In this document: positions 40,553 through 41,878 of the stretch, in pieces
Numbering within the stretch: the stretch's first letter is position 1
How the letters are laid out: every line of letters starts with the position of its first letter
NCBI GenBank assembly: GCA_033762115.1
Contig: JANRLX010000053.1
Span: 1-41,878, forward strand
Length of the DNA: 41,878 bases
Source: Verrucomicrobiota bacterium
GTDB lineage: Bacteria; Verrucomicrobiota; Verrucomicrobiia; Limisphaerales; SXQI01
Reading direction: 5' to 3'
Notes under the pieces: model-generated
The model's input: only the letters and a program-made list of their open reading frames with translations
Databases searched by the model: none
What the model was told of the DNA's origin: nothing
Made by a program: the position numbers and the translations under genes

Positions 40553-41878
40553 ATGGCTTCCGAATAATCCTGCTGCTGAGCTTGATTGTTACACCGCTCC
40601 TGCAGGCTGAAACCAATTCTCCATCAGCAAAAATAACAGTCTCCGGATATGGCTTTTTTGGAAACCGGGAACTGAAAAGCAGTTTGGGACTTTTGTTTAA
40701 GGATGCCACGCCACCTCCGGTCCTGGACGCTGCGTTTATTGAAGATGCCACAATGATCCTGCTGGCGAGAGTTACACGGGATGGATACTTGAACGCGTCT
40801 ATTGAAGCTGATTTAACGCTAACCAATGGCAGTCATCAAAAATTCGTCTGGCGTGCCGCGCCTGAAGAGCCTCTGGATCGCAAGCTGGCAATTTCAAAAG
40901 CGGATTTTTTCATCCGAAAAGGGAAAAGGTTTTATTACAAAAACCTCGCGTTCCCAAACCTTTCAGTGCTGACAAAAGTCGAAGCCACAGATTTCTTCTT
41001 TCCGACTGACGCACTTCTCCCCACCCGAGGGACTAAAGTCTACAGCCCTCAAAAGTTTGCGACCTCCTTACGGAACCTGGAACAATCATTACAAAATCGG
41101 GGGTATGAAAGAGCTGTAGTGACTTCGACAAACCTGGTGATCAACACCAATCAAGGCTTTGTCCAGGCCACCATCCTGATGCATCCAGGTCCTCAGTCGC
41201 GAGTGCGGAACATCGAACAAATCGTGCGGCAGGAAAAAAACTCTCCACCTGAAAATTCCTTGACCGTCACTCCGGATGTGCCGTACTCCCGGTTTTGGGA
41301 ACAGGATTATATCCAGGCAATTCGCAGAAGCTACTTTCATGAAGGTTTTGCCGACGTATCCATTGAGTTGACCCAAATCAAACGGGAGCAAACCAATGAT
41401 GTCGTAAGCTTGCATTTCCGTGCTGAAATCATCACAGGCCAGCCGGTGACTGTTGGCAGCATTGTCATTCACGGCCCCAGGAGTACGAAGGAATCAGTGA
41501 TCCGTAGAAGGATTCCTTTACAGCCAGGAGATTTACTCGATCCTGTCAAGGCAGATGAAGGTCGCCACAAACTCGCTCGCCTTGGAATTTTCAATTCAGT
41601 CTCGCTCGCCTATGAACCAGCTGAGGCCCAATCGCGTGATCTGGTTTACACTTTGACGGAAGGAAAACAGGTGGATTTCAGTTTGCTCTTTGGATATGGG
41701 AGCTATGAGCGTTTGCGGGGCGGGTTTGATCTTGAGCAGTTCAATGTTTTTGGACGGGCCCATCATCAGCGACTTAGGGCCATTCAATCATTCAAATCCA
41801 CTTCTGCAGATTATACCTACTCCATGCCTGAATTATTCGGGGAAGAGCTCGATGCCTTCATAAACGGTTCCGGCCTCA
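40549..41878 (+). CDS. Omp85 (BamA/TamA)-family outer-membrane protein, 3'-truncated by the window edge
   Basis: ATGA overlap with the tamB stop and an open frame at both ends. Signal peptide MNGFRIILLLSLIVTPLLQA; POTRA motif IVIHGPRSTKESVIRRRIPLQPGD...LARLGIFNSV; barrel start GYGSYE...NVFGRAH. Missing from the ORF track because it has no stop. Confidence 0.88.
   Translation, partial: MNGFRIILLLSLIVTPLLQAETNSPSAKITVSGYGFFGNRELKSSLGLLFKDATPPPVLDAAFIEDATMILLARVTRDGYLNASIEADLTLTNGSHQKFVWRAAPEEPLDRKLAISKADFFIRKGKRFYYKNLAFPNLSVLTKVEATDFFFPTDALLPTRGTKVYSPQKFATSLRNLEQSLQNRGYERAVVTSTNLVINTNQGFVQATILMHPGPQSRVRNIEQIVRQEKNSPPENSLTVTPDVPYSRFWEQDYIQAIRRSYFHEGFADVSIELTQIKREQTNDVVSLHFRAEIITGQPVTVGSIVIHGPRSTKESVIRRRIPLQPGDLLDPVKADEGRHKLARLGIFNSVSLAYEPAEAQSRDLVYTLTEGKQVDFSLLFGYGSYERLRGGFDLEQFNVFGRAHHQRLRAIQSFKSTSADYTYSMPELFGEELDAFINGSGL

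Overview
A 41.9-kb, gene-dense bacterial core-genome segment (~50% GC), most consistent with Verrucomicrobiota (Pedosphaera/Limisphaera-like). The lineage call is inferred from the DUF1553-DUF1501 pair, the short atpH, the AtpA insertion, the long LepB and the rpoZ-smpB order. Contents in order: 3' part of a PSD1/DUF1553 gene, DUF1501, tcdA; a convergent GST-PhoH2-SufE-TatD operon; a divergent FtsH paralog; ispA; a TetR plus tripartite RND efflux system; purK-purE; yajQ; the full atpBEFHAGDC operon; panC; an unannotated 53-aa ORF; lepA-lepB; a ThuA-like protein; a multi-PAS hybrid kinase plus REC-PAS-PAS-PP2C phosphatase; smpB; rpoZ; tamB; and a partial Omp85 gene. I saw no rRNA, tRNA, CRISPR array or mobile element, and no unambiguous new multi-gene system. 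The best leads are a near-perfect Rex-type operator over the atp promoter, paired NemR-like operators around tetR, a small ORF below the ORF-track cutoff, hairpins flanking atpE with an alanine-run c subunit, a duplicated PAS-PAS module shared by the kinase and phosphatase, and the tcdA/SufE/PhoH2/TatD cluster. All motif calls were made by eye, without searches.
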